From Ostrea edulis (Eukaryota): a DNA stretch of 64,000 bases. Numbering within the stretch: the stretch's first letter is position 1; each line of letters begins with the position of its first letter. The notes beneath the pieces are model-generated. The model made no database searches. It was not told the origin of the DNA and saw nothing but the letters and a program-made list of their open reading frames with translations. The stretch is taken from contig NC_079166.1 in NCBI RefSeq assembly GCF_947568905.1, positions 70,308,001 to 70,372,000 on the forward strand, in the 5' to 3' direction. The position numbers and the translations under genes were made by a program. Positions 1 through 13,700 of the stretch are shown here, piece by piece.

Positions 1-2100
1 GATTCTTCGTAAAACAATCTGTCTATGACTAAAATCTTTTTAGCCATGACCTTCTTCTCTCCTGCTTTTTGGGTCTGTCCAGTTTATGTCTGTAATGCAT
101 TTTTCTTCAGATAATATCTCAAATACCTTTTGTACTTTAGCGTTGAAACTTTGCGTGAATGTTCTCTATGTTATGTCAAAATGGCAAAGATCAAGGTTAA
201 ATCTGCGTGTTAAGAAATGCTTAGCTACATTTTTGAGTTTCAGCAATGAAATTTCACTTGCCGATTCTCCATCAATGACAAATCTTTTTTGTTTTTGAAA
301 TACATCTTTTGTCTTATTTGACCGTTAGCATTCAATAAAATTTTACATGAAGAGTTTTTAGGCTAAATGTTAAAGGACAATAGGTCACACAGGGTGAGAA
401 ATGGTATGTCTCTTGAGTTCCATCGATCATCTGAATGTTCTTTCCATTTTCATAATTTACAAACTTTGTTTTGAACATAATTACTAGAATTCTAAAGAAT
501 TCATTGCGTGTATCTGATAAAAATAGTTTAATGTAAATTGTTGAAAACCTACGTCCGATTTTGAACAAGTTTTCCAGGTAACAATTTCAAAACATAAGAT
601 TTTATTTCTTTATTGATGTTTGACATACTTCTTTAACCGACCTTGAATAACTTACTTGGACAACAAACCCATGTGGAAAAGAACTGTTTCAATGCCCTGT
701 TACGTAATTTCGTGTTTGATTTATTATTATAAATCAATGCGTTTTGTGAACTACTGCCGCCTGTGGCTGGCGTAAACATTGACAAATCCATTAAATACAT
801 TAAATTTTCAGTTTTTCAAACGGAAGTCTTAAGTACTTTCTAACTTTAGAAAATTTAACATCCCTCCGGCTTACGTAACCCGGTTTTTGAGGAGTGGATA
901 AAAGATTTAGGTGAAGTGCTAATATCTGTGTACTACTAGATAACATGAAGTTAAAAAAAATCAATCAATCAATAATCGACAACATCGTGACTAGGAGGAA
1001 CAAATCAACATTAAAATTTAAAATGATGAGTGTACACAAGAAATAATTTTTATTTTTGAGAATACATGAGGGCAGGAACTGCGGCGCTTTAAGTCAGCAT
1101 ACTTCTTAAAGCGCTTTAGAAATATGGCATAAAGCGTTGCATTTCATACCCTCGTGTTTTGTCAGAAATGAAATTTATTTTTTATATTTACATTCTACAT
1201 TTATTTCTGTCGGAGTTCTTAGCCGTTATGATAAACGAACTATATCTTTCAAGATTCATACGCACATCATTCACTTCTGCATCATATTCATGAGTAAATG
1301 GCTATCATATTGTGTGAACGAAGTGAATGGGATAAAAATATCAATCTTGCGAAATAAGAAAATACAGTTGGTATTTTCAAGCAGTCTTGTGTTCAGGTAC
1401 ACTTGCCCGAAGTTTGATGGAACACGTACATGATTTTCAAAACCACTGCACTGCATATCAAGGTTTCCAATCTACACGATGTCAACTTAAGTAACAGGTT
1501 GTCAGCCCGTGTAAACATGTCAATAACGAAACTTTTATCTCCTTGCCAAAATCAATATTCTTTTTTATAGCAACCTTCTCCATGTTGTCAGCAAAGGTCG
1601 ATCTAGAAACAGGGCATGTTTGATAAACCGAATTCATTTTCGTTTACATTTTTTTTCTTCTGAATGTGATAACAAATAAAAACTAAATTTGCAAAAAGCT
1701 TGTTTATTTATATATACATACAAAGATCATCACAATAACATAAAAGAAACAAATGTAACAAAACAACGAAGCATTCAATGCTTGGTAATGGACTCTGTCT
1801 CCATTTATAATGCACTGGCAAATTCTGTAAATGAGCAATGATTTCATCATTTTTCTTCTCGTTAAACATCACAGGCAATGTTCATTGTCTGCCTATTAAG
1901 AGGCACTTTAATTCATCAAAGAGCAAAGTATATCAAAACCACACTGTGTTTCTACAGCGATTCCGGTGTTGTTGGATTTCTATACCTCATACTATCATCG
2001 TTCACAGTTTAGAGCTAATATTAGATATTTTCAAAGCTTCAAAATATCACGGTGAGATATGTGTTTTTGGAAAGTTGACTCCTTTTTTAAAGGTTCAATT

Positions 2101-5100
2101 TCACGCGAGTCTGAGCGATGAATTCACATCAACTGAGGTCCGTCGCTTGTCAAATTCACAGTCCTTCTTTCCGCTAAACATGGCACCTAGTTTCTTTGAA
2201 ACATTCACTAAAGAAGTTCTCCTTCGTTTCAGCATGGATTTTTGTTGTTGATTCATTTTTGCGTCTCTAAGCAAAGCTTGGAATGCAATGTTAATCGTGA
2301 CGTAATTTTCCGCTGCGGAAACTTCGTAATATTGGCAATTATACTCGAGCGCTGCCTGATGGCCTTCTTCGACACCAACAGCTCTTCTGTGTTCGAGGTC
2401 AGTTTTGTTTCCCAGAAGAAGGGCTGGAATGTAAGAATTTGAACGAACTTTGCTGATGGTCTCCAACAGAGTCTTAGCTCTGTCAAATGAATAAGTATCA
2501 CATATGCTGTACACTATCACATAGGCATCGGCCCAATTTAGTTGTGGCTCCGCATTTGGTGAAGTTGAGTTGCTCTGAAAAATAGAAAATGCATACAATA
2601 ACTGCGTTCATCGATATTAACATAAGTTGTTTTTTATCCTCCTGCACTTGAATAACATAAAGATATATTTTATTTCAAAAAAAAGTTAAATATAGACAAG
2701 ACAGAAAGATTTTCGGCTTTGGTGTATTTACAAAACTTTCCAGGTGACCTATATACGATATGGAATTGTATTAAATGTTTACATACAATCGAATGTTAGC
2801 ACGAATTCAATAGATAAGTCAGATAGAAATTAAATTCAATGCATAATTCTCCGTAATAGTATCCCGTGTCAACACTACCAATAGCAAAAGCTTTTCAAAT
2901 TTACACATTTTTCGGGTCGAAGTTAGGCCAACGCAAATACAGTCCCAGCAGGTTTAAATAATTATGAACTAAACCAGTTAATAATAATTGTGTGGATTTA
3001 GTTCAGGGTTACTAAATTCCAAAGGGAAAAAGACAAAATCCGATCCCCCAAGAATGTTGATGTGCTGTTCATGTTTACATCCTTGGGCTTCCTCGTCAAA
3101 ACAATCTGGTGATGAAGAGTACCTAGCATATATAGGTTTTCCTCGAAAAGTTGCGTAAGGATAATTCATATGTTTATTGTGATTGCGTGTGCTTTCCACG
3201 CTGCAATCACGAATAATCATCAAAGACATGTTGTTGTTGTCCGGAAACTTGAGTTTTCGTCATTCAAACATTCCGAAAAGGACTCATAAAGTACCAGAAA
3301 CTTGAGTGGTTTGAAAATAAGATTTACCTTTTTACTGCAAGTGTCTAAGATTTCAATGTCTGTCAGATAATCTTCTTGCTTGATGCAGGATTTATATAGC
3401 AAATCTGGAAGAAAAAACGCATCACCATTTAGACGAATGATCACACGAAGTGTCTAAAAACTAATAAACGTACATGTATTTGACTTTAAAAGAGGTAAAG
3501 AATTAGGAAGGTGGGTGGAGGTGGGGTGGATAACGGTCCAGTACTCACCTATATTTGAATTGTATTCTCCAATGAATCTTTTGGTTAAAAATCTCACTGT
3601 GACAGCTGAAAGGTAAAAAAAAATACATGTACGACGTAAAAAAATGTCAAATTAACGAAAAATACATTTTACAGATAAATCATATCGAAATGCGAAATCT
3701 CAGTGCGAGTGAAAGCCAAATCTATTTGTAGATTACAGAAATTGTTTTTGACCCCCAAAAGTGCAAATTTCATTTATAGAATAACCTTCAAAGTTTACCA
3801 CTATAAACGATCGTAACAAAATTACGTTCTGGGGACCAAATATCACTGCTAGCTTTGATGTCTACCGGAGAAGGCCTCCCATTTTTCAAGGTCTAGTGCT
3901 GTGTATATATGTCAGAGGCATGGCACACTGTATATACCTGAAGAACCACTCTTTGTAGAAATATTTAGAGCAAATAGCCCCCTTGTAGTTATATACATGA
4001 GATGTCAAGCCCCATTTTTCTTTCCTTTTTATATGTCATGAAATAAAAGATTTAAGAGACCAATGTCGAGAGACTTTAGGATTACACTTCGTTGACAAAT
4101 ATTGTTTTAATGTAAGTTGAGGGTAAGGCGTCCTTTGTTAAATTTGGCGTGGGGTTGCCTACCTATCGTTTTATTTATCTATTGTAGTTTTCTGGGCGCT
4201 AATAATTTTAACGTCTGCATTTGATGCAAGAATGTTAATTTCTTACGTTGGAGATTACTGTCTCGTCTCTTGAAAGGAAAACTGTTTAAACGTTGTCCAA
4301 TTTGTGAAAACTGGGTGAAAACTTAATACACAAAAAAGACATTTTAAGTCACCTCAAAGAAAACTCTGTGTATACATAAGATTATCCGGGAATGCCAGTG
4401 TCTAGTTTTCAAATCATCAATGAAATACTCTCGACAGAAGGCCTACGACCAGCGTCAGATTCCAATTCATTAAAGATAAAAACCCTAATTAATGAATACT
4501 CAATAGGTATATATAACGGATTTCAATGTGTCGGTGTCCCAAGGACTAATTATATAACCTTTAAAAAACACTATTTAGCATGTTTAGGCGAAGATGTTAT
4601 CAGTGCAAAAATTGTTGAATGTCTAAAACAAATGACCTCCCGTCCGATATTTTTCGGAATATCAATATCCTATTAATGATATTTATACAGATGAAATTGA
4701 AGATTAACCGAGATCACTGAACACCTTTTTTATCCTCTTGTATCTCAGAGATCATATCTTGACATCTTTCCATATAACTTTGTTTTCGTTTTATGATTCC
4801 TGCAGAAATACAGTGAATGGATTGCTTTATCTATCCGCGTGTGAACTTTTTTTTCTTACACTTTTCAACCTTTTCCATCCTCAGCAGCCTATCACGCCGT
4901 GGAACTGTACTCTATGATTATCGGTTATATTTAATAAGAGATATCTGAGATAAATTATTTTTGTTAAATGTTGCGTAATCAAGCGTTGGGGGGGTTCGCA
5001 CGTGCATTTGCTCCTGTGAGGCGATATCGATGCCAAAAAAACTTGCAGACTAAGATTTATACCTATGTGATTCTCTTTTACGATTTCTATGAACGAATAT

Positions 5101-6809
5101 TCAAAATAGATGTATCCGTGAGAACCTATGAAGTGTCTGCACGCATTATCTGTTCACTGCATTAAGGATCATCTTCTGCAAAACCAATTATCCTTAGCAA
5201 CGGAAGTAAACCAAGTATACAATAATTATAAATGGGTTGTAGAACACCTGCCTTTGTCTGACTTTAACTTTTCGTTTAATCTTTAATGAGCGGGTTTGTC
5301 TGTAAACTTAGTGCATACATATGCATTTTTCTGATCAGCAATTGGTCTTTTTTATATATATTTTTTAAGTTGGCAATACGTTCCTTGCCTAGGTATTTGA
5401 TTACCTATTAGAACCATACATTTCATTTACTGTCCTACAATAATGTTTCATCGGCGTATTTCCTCATTTATTGTCACGAAAAACAAGACAAAATGCAGTA
5501 GGGTCGTGTCTGTTCTGTTTAGCACTTTGCTGACAAAAGCACTAGACCACGAAATGACTAGGAACCTTCGTCTGGGGCTCGAATTATCCACATATTTCTT
5601 TGATGTACGTTTATATTGTTCAGCAAGGTCCTTAGCAATAACAAGGAATTAACATATGTAAAGAAAATTCTCCTGTTGCTTGTAAAATAAATGCTGGACT
5701 TGGTATAAAAGCGTTTAACTTTGTAAAAGTAAGTTAATGGAAGCAAAGATCTCATTTAATGACTAAATGGCCAGTTCAAATAATTTGTTGAACATTTAAG
5801 TTTTGACCATCTAATAAAAACATTGCCATCTAGCCTGTTTTAGTGGTATATGGACCTTGAACAGTGTGTTATTAGGGAAATAACTTTTCTCTGTGAATAG
5901 ACAAATTCGTATTGAAAATTGCAAGTCAAGACTTTCTTTAAACTGCAATCCTCTTTAATTTTTAATTCTGTTTTTCACGTGTCAAGCTATAACGTTTGTT
6001 CATTTAAAAGAGGTTACGTCTCCAATTGTACTTGAAATGTGTGAAAATACAATAAACAGTCCGAATTTCGTAACCAGTATTTCAATAAAATTCTGCGATA
6101 AGGTCTCTCTGCAAAAATAGCCCCATTGTACGGTCAGTATACTCTTGAATGTTTGATGTTCAAATGGATTTGTGTACAGCTAAACGTTAAAACAACATCT
6201 TTCATTTTGGGGACTTACAAGAGTAGGCGGTATTTACAAACTGAACGTAAAATACAAACTCTGTTTAGTTTGTCTTATCCGAAAGTTAAACACATGATAA
6301 GCTGTTTTTGGAATTAAAAAAGTTAATTTATCTACAAAGCTGTGGTTATACGTCGGAAGAACAGATGGTTAGGGAGGATAAAGCCAAATCTAAATATTGG
6401 TGCAATTTATCCCCAGCAATTCTTATGTACGCGAGGGTTTATTTCTAAATCTTCATATGATGTGCAGTCTCTGTTTCAAATGATAGGCCTGTCCAGCATT
6501 GTTATGATAAGTGTAGACAAAACGCACGTTTCACATTAAATCCAATAATGAAATTAATTGTGAAAAATTACACTGTTTTGGTGTTTTACTCCTACTAATT
6601 TAAATTCACAATCAAACAACAGCCACTACAAATATGATTTTTTTTTTTAAAGAAAATATTTCAATGAAGTAATGAAAAGTTTTGGGAAATCATTGACGCA
6701 AGTTTCTACAAGCTGACTGTGAGAATAGAAAAATAAACTCACCTGACTTTCCCGATTTTTCTGCCCCTAGGACTACCACTCTCAATGATGCAGTCATAGT
6801 GGTCTTCAT
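2101..6809 (-). CDS. Ras-like small GTPase, RERG/RERGL/RASL11-12 group, 224 aa, 4 coding exons
   Basis: Exons (minus) 6743-6809, 3549-3605, 3328-3404 and 2101-2574 join in frame through GT-AG introns (phases 1,1,0). Product MKTTMTASLRVVVLGAEKSGKSAVTVRFLTKRFIGEYNSNIDLLYK...IEILDTCSKK...LLGNKTD...EVSAA. The G1 motif, RFLTKRFI signature, G4 NKTD and G5 are present; there is no CAAX. An in-frame TGA lies upstream of the ATG. Confidence 0.9.
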
Positions 6810-7587
6810 TAGGAAATAGTCCTTTCAATCCAAACAAAATGCATAAAGTTCACTATATGTATTAAAGAAATATCCAAGATCCACCGTTCTCAGTCAGTAA
6901 GAAGGCCTACATCGTTTGTAAACAGTTTGCGTATATATACTCCAACTTGTAAAAAAAAAAAAAAGTCTGTAAAGCTGGTGTCTATTTTTTGACAGAGGGT
7001 TCAATAATTGATGATTTTTCGCTCTATCTTACGCGAACTTAGTTATTAATTCATAAAGCCACAAGCCTGGCTCTCATCCATAAAAAAAATCTCTGAACAC
7101 GCTGCATCCACGCACACCTCGTAGCATCAATGACTCCTCGGGTTTCCGTGAGCCGGCGTATTATACCTTATGTCTGTTACATACATAGCTTATGTAAGGA
7201 AAAAAAACCAAGTTCACTCAACTTATCCTTTACAAATGCACCTAATGCGTAGCACGTCAAGGTTTTTTTCTAACCGATCCTTTGAATCAATATGTTTTAA
7301 AATAAGCGGAGTGTTCTTTCCTCTTTCTCTGCTAGTTGTGTGTGCTATCAGACAGACTAGGCTTATAAAGGTGTTCACAGGTGCTTTAATATAGAAAGCC
7401 GCGCAGGTGAACCAGGGCCAAAATTGACTAGTCTTTCCCCAAAATGTAAACATGCCCGTATGAAAGAGAGCCCTTTGTATTCGTCATAGAATCTGTCGAT
7501 AACCTCAAATACTATTCATGCACTGCACTCAGTCGGTTTGTCTCGGGATCATTAGTATCACTGGGTCACATCGGGGCGTGAAGTTGA

Positions 7588-7652
7588 GTAAATTCTGCGG
7601 TCATTCGTGATTTACTTACTTTTACGTTTTCTTTTGTTTTGCTGTCTTTCAG
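7588..7652 (+). other. Intron-like segment of a possible divergent (+) non-coding transcript
   Basis: GTAAAT donor at 7588, a ~35-nt pyrimidine tract and TTTCAG acceptor ending 7652. No linked ORF was found. Confidence 0.3.
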
Positions 7653-8842
7653 GTGCGTAGTGATGTGTTTCACTGACCTGAATCAATTATGTGTATTAGG
7701 TTGAAAAGATCCCGCGGTCATTTTCACCACTAATGATGCACCATCTACACAATTTGCTGTGGTTAATGAACTCTTTTTTTATTGCATTGCAGAGATTCGG
7801 CAATAATTTCTATAGTCAAAGTTACAATGGGATCCGATTATGCAACATTTATGACACACGCATGAACAGAATGCAAAACGCCTTTAATATTATTTAAAAT
7901 GCTAATTCCCTTTATATTGCCCAGACTATCACAATAAATGTGACGTAACATTTATACCATTGCCTCTCTATTCCTTGTTTACATTTTCTAAATATACGTG
8001 CCGCGTCCAGAATTAAAAAAAAGGTACGGTTTTGTATTATTTTTATCAATCTCAATGCCGATGAATAAATTTAACTTCCTCGTTGTACAAATTGTTCAAC
8101 AATTTCTTCAGTTTCACCGTCCTAAAACTTGCATCAAATCTGTAATATCGGGGTTCTTCTCTGTAAGATAATAAACATTGAGCCTTTGATATGATAATTC
8201 TACCATAAAAACCTATATCCTCTTATAACGAAGAGATGGAGAGAGGCGACATGACCCAGGATAGGATTTTTCTTTGAGTATATATGACACACAGTTCAAA
8301 TAATCCATAATGAGGACAGCGTATTCATCTTTGTCTATCTTACTGACCTTTCCTGTATATTTGAAAGTTTGTTAAATCTCCCGTGCGAAGTGCTTAACTG
8401 TCACTTAGTTACGAGGGCATTCGCCTGATGCGGTGTCCTTTCTTTTCAAGATCAGAAAACGGACGCACGTAAATTTAATTTCATTCGAAAAATAGATTCC
8501 TGATAATAATTTTAAATCTGGTTATCTCGTGGACGATAATAAATTACTCATGAAATAGATAAGGCATTACGAATTTGTTAGAGCAGTACTTAGTGGGGGA
8601 TTCTATACATAAATCCTGTGTATACACAAATAGTAAAGATGTTGAAATACAGTAGTAAAAAAAAAAGTTTCATTTTTTTAGATTATATTTTTTTTAATCT
8701 TTGAAAGGCGTGGGTGTAACACTTTCTGCAACATTACCCATTAGAAAATCACGAGTTAAATTGTTTTGTTTTTTTTCTTGTATATATTAATTTAAAATTA
8801 AATTTCTACAATACGCAAAAATACTTAGTGCCAATATGCATG

Positions 8843-8887
<45 letters not shown>

Positions 8888-8914
8888 GTTACTTTTCGCA
8901 ATGATCGGTAAAAG

Positions 8915-9018
8915 TATAGGTAAAAAATAAAAATGAAACACGAAGACGTTTAGTAAAGCTTTAGCGCTTTCATTTCAAATCTTCAGAAGCTTTACATTTA
9001 GTACATTTTTATTTTTTA

Positions 9019-9024
<6 letters not shown>
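8915..9024. mobile_element. ~110-bp MITE abutting (TA)n microsatellites
   Basis: Perfect 21-bp inverted repeat TATAGGTAAAAAATAAAAATG (8915-8935 and 9004-9024). (TA)n tracts at about 8845-8884 and 9021-9080. Confidence 0.7.
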
Positions 9025-9081
<57 letters not shown>

Positions 9082-10947
9082 CTATTTCTGTATTTTAAAA
9101 ATTTGTTTTCTATAGTCTAAATCCTACAAAGATCTCCCAGTTCTCCAGTTTACAAGTCGTGTAAATCTGTAATTTAAAACTGTGATAAACATCTACCTGC
9201 CGGATAGTAATTCGGGAAAAAAAGGAAGCTTTTAAACATGTATAATGCATATCACATCTTTTTGCGGAACAGTCACCAACCCAGCAGTCATTTTGTTTCG
9301 GGGTTAAAGTCTGAAGAAACTCGCTTTGCTTTACAATTGAAATCAATTTTCACACAGATTTCACCTCTACCAAATGAGGTTCAACGAAATTCTTGTATCT
9401 CTAATTCAATCTTTACAACAATGAATCCTAAAATGAAATATAGGAATCCGGCCACAACAAGCATATTTCATTTCTGTTTTTAAATATAGGACCAAGATCC
9501 TTCATTTTTTTTCTTTCTTTGATCTTTAGATTATTGGATTACAGTGTACAACGAAGAGGAAATGCATATACGTGAATCACCCTTAATATCCTTATTCTTT
9601 TGTATTTTAAATGTCGACTGTTTATTAATTGCATAACACCAGGCAAAGTAAATATTTGAACTTTGAATGTGCCAAATACTTCATTCACAACTAATATCGA
9701 AACAATGAATAACTCGTGACTACCCGCAGCGATGATGAAAGGCAAAGTTCATTTGATGACTGCTTGTGTAACGTACTGCTAAAATCGTATATATTGCATC
9801 AAAGATATTATCTAGGGAGTGATGAGGTGCCAAAGGACAGATGGCCGGTGAAAAGAGGGAGGAAAAATAAACACAGCATACCACCCCTTCCTAGTAATTG
9901 AATTAAGATTGGGTTTGCGGGGTGAATGGGTTAAGTTTGTTCATGGACAGGTAGAAGTGAGAAGTTTGTACCGGGTTACACGACTAAAAAGCGGTGCTTG
10001 TGTCTGATTAATGGATCTGATTTGGAAAATGTAAATTGTGTGAAACGATAAAATTGACTCCAAATCATGATCTATCGAAACATAACACTTAGGACCAATC
10101 AGAGAGGATGTATAGATTGTTTATTAGTTTTCAAAGATATTTTGTTTTAAGAGCAAATAACAAGATGGGTTTGTAGATATAATAGGGATGATACTTGTGA
10201 TGACGAAATAGCTCTGACGAAAATATCATTTTTTTATTTGATGTCCTACAAGTCGGCAGACATAAACGATAGTTCAAGTAATGAAAACCAAGCACATGTA
10301 ATTTACTCGGTTATTGACCATTACAAAGAATAAGAAGTTTTAATACCCTCGTAAAAGTCTGTATTTCTCTTACATTCAGTTGAATACTATATTAACTTTT
10401 GTAAACGAATACCCCGCCAAACGTCAAAAAACACAGAACAATTTGGATAAAATGTAAAGTATGTGGGGAGGACAAGGGAGGGGGGGGGGTCCCCTGCTCT
10501 CTCCATTCCGTCCCTTTCTATGTCCCCCATTTTTTGTTCCATCCTCCCCCACCCTGTCCTCTCTCATTAACCCCCACCCTTTTACACCATAGCGTTTCAT
10601 AATATGGGAAATTTCGTATCGCATTAATCACACACGGGTTTTTAAGCACCAAACCCGTAAGCATCCGAGATCGGCTTGAATTTCTCAGTAAAAATCTCAA
10701 ATTTGGTTATGCTTGAATTTTCTTTTATTTGAGGAATCAAATTTTGAGTAAAATCTCAGACTTAAGTCCAAGTTTCGACTTAAGTTCTTTTCGAGACATC
10801 CAGGCTGGATGTGTACTTTAAAAGGAAATATTTTGCATTCACATTGAAAAATCGAGAGAAATTTATCGAAGAGTATGATCCACGTCTTAAGAACCTGCTT
10901 CCAGTATCGTTGGTTGTAATGTCCCTCCGAACATCGATACATGCACT

Positions 10948-11230
10948 TTGATTGATTGATTGATTGATTTGTATATTATTTAACATCCCTCTCGATAATA
11001 TTTCACTCTTATGGAGACGTCACCATTGCCGGTAAAGGGCTGCAAAATTTAGGCCAGTACTCGGCACTTACAGCCTTTGAGCAGGGAGGGATCTTTATCG
11101 TGTCACACCTGCTGTGACACGGGACCTCGGTTTTTGCGGTCTCATCCGAAGGACCGACCCATTTAGTCGCCTCTTACGCCAAGCAAGGGGTTCATGTATT
11201 GAGGACCTATTCTAACCCGGATCCTCACGG
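10948..11230 (-). mobile_element. SINE-like retroelement with (AATC)n tail
   Basis: (TTGA)n tail at 10948-10970 on +. The body is homologous to partial copies at 30691-30835 and 48448-48502 and shares the central AAAGA(T/A)CCC..CTGCT block with the copy at 34200-34680. Confidence 0.8.
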
Positions 11231-11270
11231 AAAGATACGTGCACATTATATACATGTACCAATAATGATA

Positions 11271-11729
11271 AGTATGGTGTCCGGATAGGGCCATTTGCAA
11301 AAGCGTGACTGCGCGTTAGTCACAACGCGCCGTCACGCCAACAAGCAACGCGCCTTCGCGCTCTCACACCATCAAGCAACTCGCCTTCGCGCAGACAAGC
11401 AACGCGCATTTGCGCTCTCACGACAACAATCAACGCACCTTCGCGCTCTCACGCCAACAAGCAACACACCTTCGCGCCGTCACACCAACAAGCAATACGC
11501 CTTCGTGCCGTGTTGATTGTTGGCGTGACGACGCGAAGGTGTGTTGCTTGTTGGCGTGAAAGCGCGAAGGCGCGTTAATTGTTGTCGTGAGACAGCAAAG
11601 GCGCGTTGCTAGTCTGCGCGAAGGCGCGTTGCTTGTTGGCGCGAAGGCGCGTTGCTTGTTGGCGTGACGGCGTGTTGTGACTAACGTGCAGTCACGCTTT
11701 TGCAATTGGCCCTATCCGGACACCATACT
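11271..11729. mobile_element. Foldback-type TIR element, 459 bp, TA target-site duplication
   Basis: Outer 91 bp are inverted with 3 mismatches (AGTATGGTGTCCGGATAGGGCC...). TA flanks both ends (11269-11270, 11730-11731). The interior consists of ACAAGCAACGCGCCTTCGCG-type subrepeats that flip orientation near 11510. Confidence 0.9.
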
Positions 11730-13454
11730 TAAGTACTAGTGACTTGGTTAGTGTGAGCACTTTTCTTCCTCGGAGCCCTGAAGTGGAAACATACAATGTA
11801 ATCATTCAAAAAGTCTCAAAAGCATGAACACAAGAACAAGTAGAAATACTGCAGATTAATTCAACGTCTTCTAACGCTGAAACTCGTACTATTTTGACTT
11901 GCACTGGGAGAACAAAAAAATCTCAGAGTCAAGAAAAGGAGAAACGAGAAAAAATAAAAATATAGAGTAAGAGTTCATTGTGAACTGGGTTTAAAGGTGT
12001 CAGAAGTGACATACAAAACGATTTGAAAATATGCATATGCCACCTTCAATTATGTTTTTGAATTTAATACTGACAATTTAAAATGCTGATGGATTATTCA
12101 GTTTTATAACACCCTGTCGGATATCTATTTTCGATTTCCTAGTAACCTTGAGATGTGTAAATAATGAGGATTCGTGTGTACGTTAATCAATCACGGACCT
12201 TTATTTAGCATTCCAATAGCAAAAGACAATTTTAACACCAAAACTCTAGAATCGTCACATGAAATTCAAGAATTTCCAAGGTGCTGCCAAATACATTTTC
12301 TTTTCAAAATGACACTTAGGCAAGACAAGAATAAACTTCTGCAAAGTTTTTATTTCTTCCAACTTTCTTACCCTGTGTATCAAGTTTAAGTTCTAAATGA
12401 ACTGGCTCAATAAATGGTCGACTTTTATTACCTAGCTGGTAAAAATTCGATACTGACATGTTAAAGGAAATTAATTTGATTCGGAGGAGCTTGCGGCCAC
12501 ATCACCGCCTTCTTCGTAGGGATACAATAACCTCTTTTCATGAGCCTTCATTTTTTAAATACTGCACGGAGAAAAGATTCCTCATTTTATTTGATGTTTG
12601 GGTTGACTTCATGACATTACATTGGCGAAATTCATTACTAAAAGTTAAATAGGCTTGCGTGCTCCACATTCCAGACTTCCAGTCTTCCATATATTCATAC
12701 AATAAATTCATGCAGTTGTGAAATTATCGTTTTTTTACCTTAATATCTTATTATGTATTTTTTTAACCCCATGGAAAACACTAGGGTGAAGGAGGTGCTA
12801 ACGGAAGATTGTCTAGTTACTGGTAATTTAGTCTAAGAGTTTTTAACATTTAAGAAATTTATTCTTTAAAAATGGATCTAAAAAATCACCGTATATATTC
12901 TATATATAAGTTTAGACGTACTCGGTGTAAAAAAAAAAAAATAATAATGTGACGCGATATTAAAAAAAAAAATACAGTATACCACGACTTTATTTTCATT
13001 TAATCTTGAAATTTGAAACTGCCTACATTTTTTGTTAATTCCACCACATTTATAAATACCTAGTCAAGGTTATTTATATTCCGATAAGGAAGGCGATAAT
13101 TCTGCACATTATCTTTATCACTGTATATTTTCCGATCAACGCTCTACATTCGCAATCACCGAATAGAGGAAGTTATGATATTCTAATGTCAATGTTGAAG
13201 TTACTTAGTTCGCTCTGTCAGACCCACTCCAGAACAGTGATGGAAACTTGATAAATCCAAATAGTTGTCCTAGTACCACAAAGACCTACATCAGGAATTT
13301 CAACATCCACGCCCTATTATTATGCAATACCGACTGAGTCTTTACTGGGCAATTCTTATACTTGTATAAAAGTGTCGACTAGTTCGAATTCCAAACAGTA
13401 TTTAAGACCAGTTACAATTGCCTAAAATTTCACATGAATTTTGATAAACTTCAG

Positions 13455-13700
13455 TTTTGAAAATACACGAGGGTATAAACTGTCGCAGTTTGCCTCTCGC
13501 TGTATATTCTTCATGAAGCGCAGTGAAATTTAAAGTATGTCAGCGATGAAACGTTTTAGTTCATAACTTCATGTACTTTCAAAACTATTATTCTACCTTC
13601 ATTTTCTGTCGGAATTAGAGATGCACTATAATCAATAAGATTCATACGCTCATTTAACTGTAACGAATTCGTGGGGGAAATGGCTATCATTACAATTTAT
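13455..13700 (+). repeat. Diverged dispersed repeat, second copy at ~1060-1330
   Basis: Colinear shared blocks TAC(A/G)(T/C)GAGGG, TTCTGTCGGA, AAGATTCATACGC and AAATGGCTATCAT occur in both places. Confidence 0.5.

Noticed and set aside
1-568. Protein-like minus-strand frames (e.g. FVIDGESASEISLLKLK..)
   Set aside because: Multiple stops and frame changes with no recognisable family; cannot be supported without a search.
4190-4676. Coding-like fragments including a CPIC motif in the Ras-like intron
   Set aside because: Interrupted frames with no second zinc-ligand pair or known motif.
11760-11966. ~68-codon plus-strand frame with one TGA
   Set aside because: A-rich low complexity with no clear splice context or homology.
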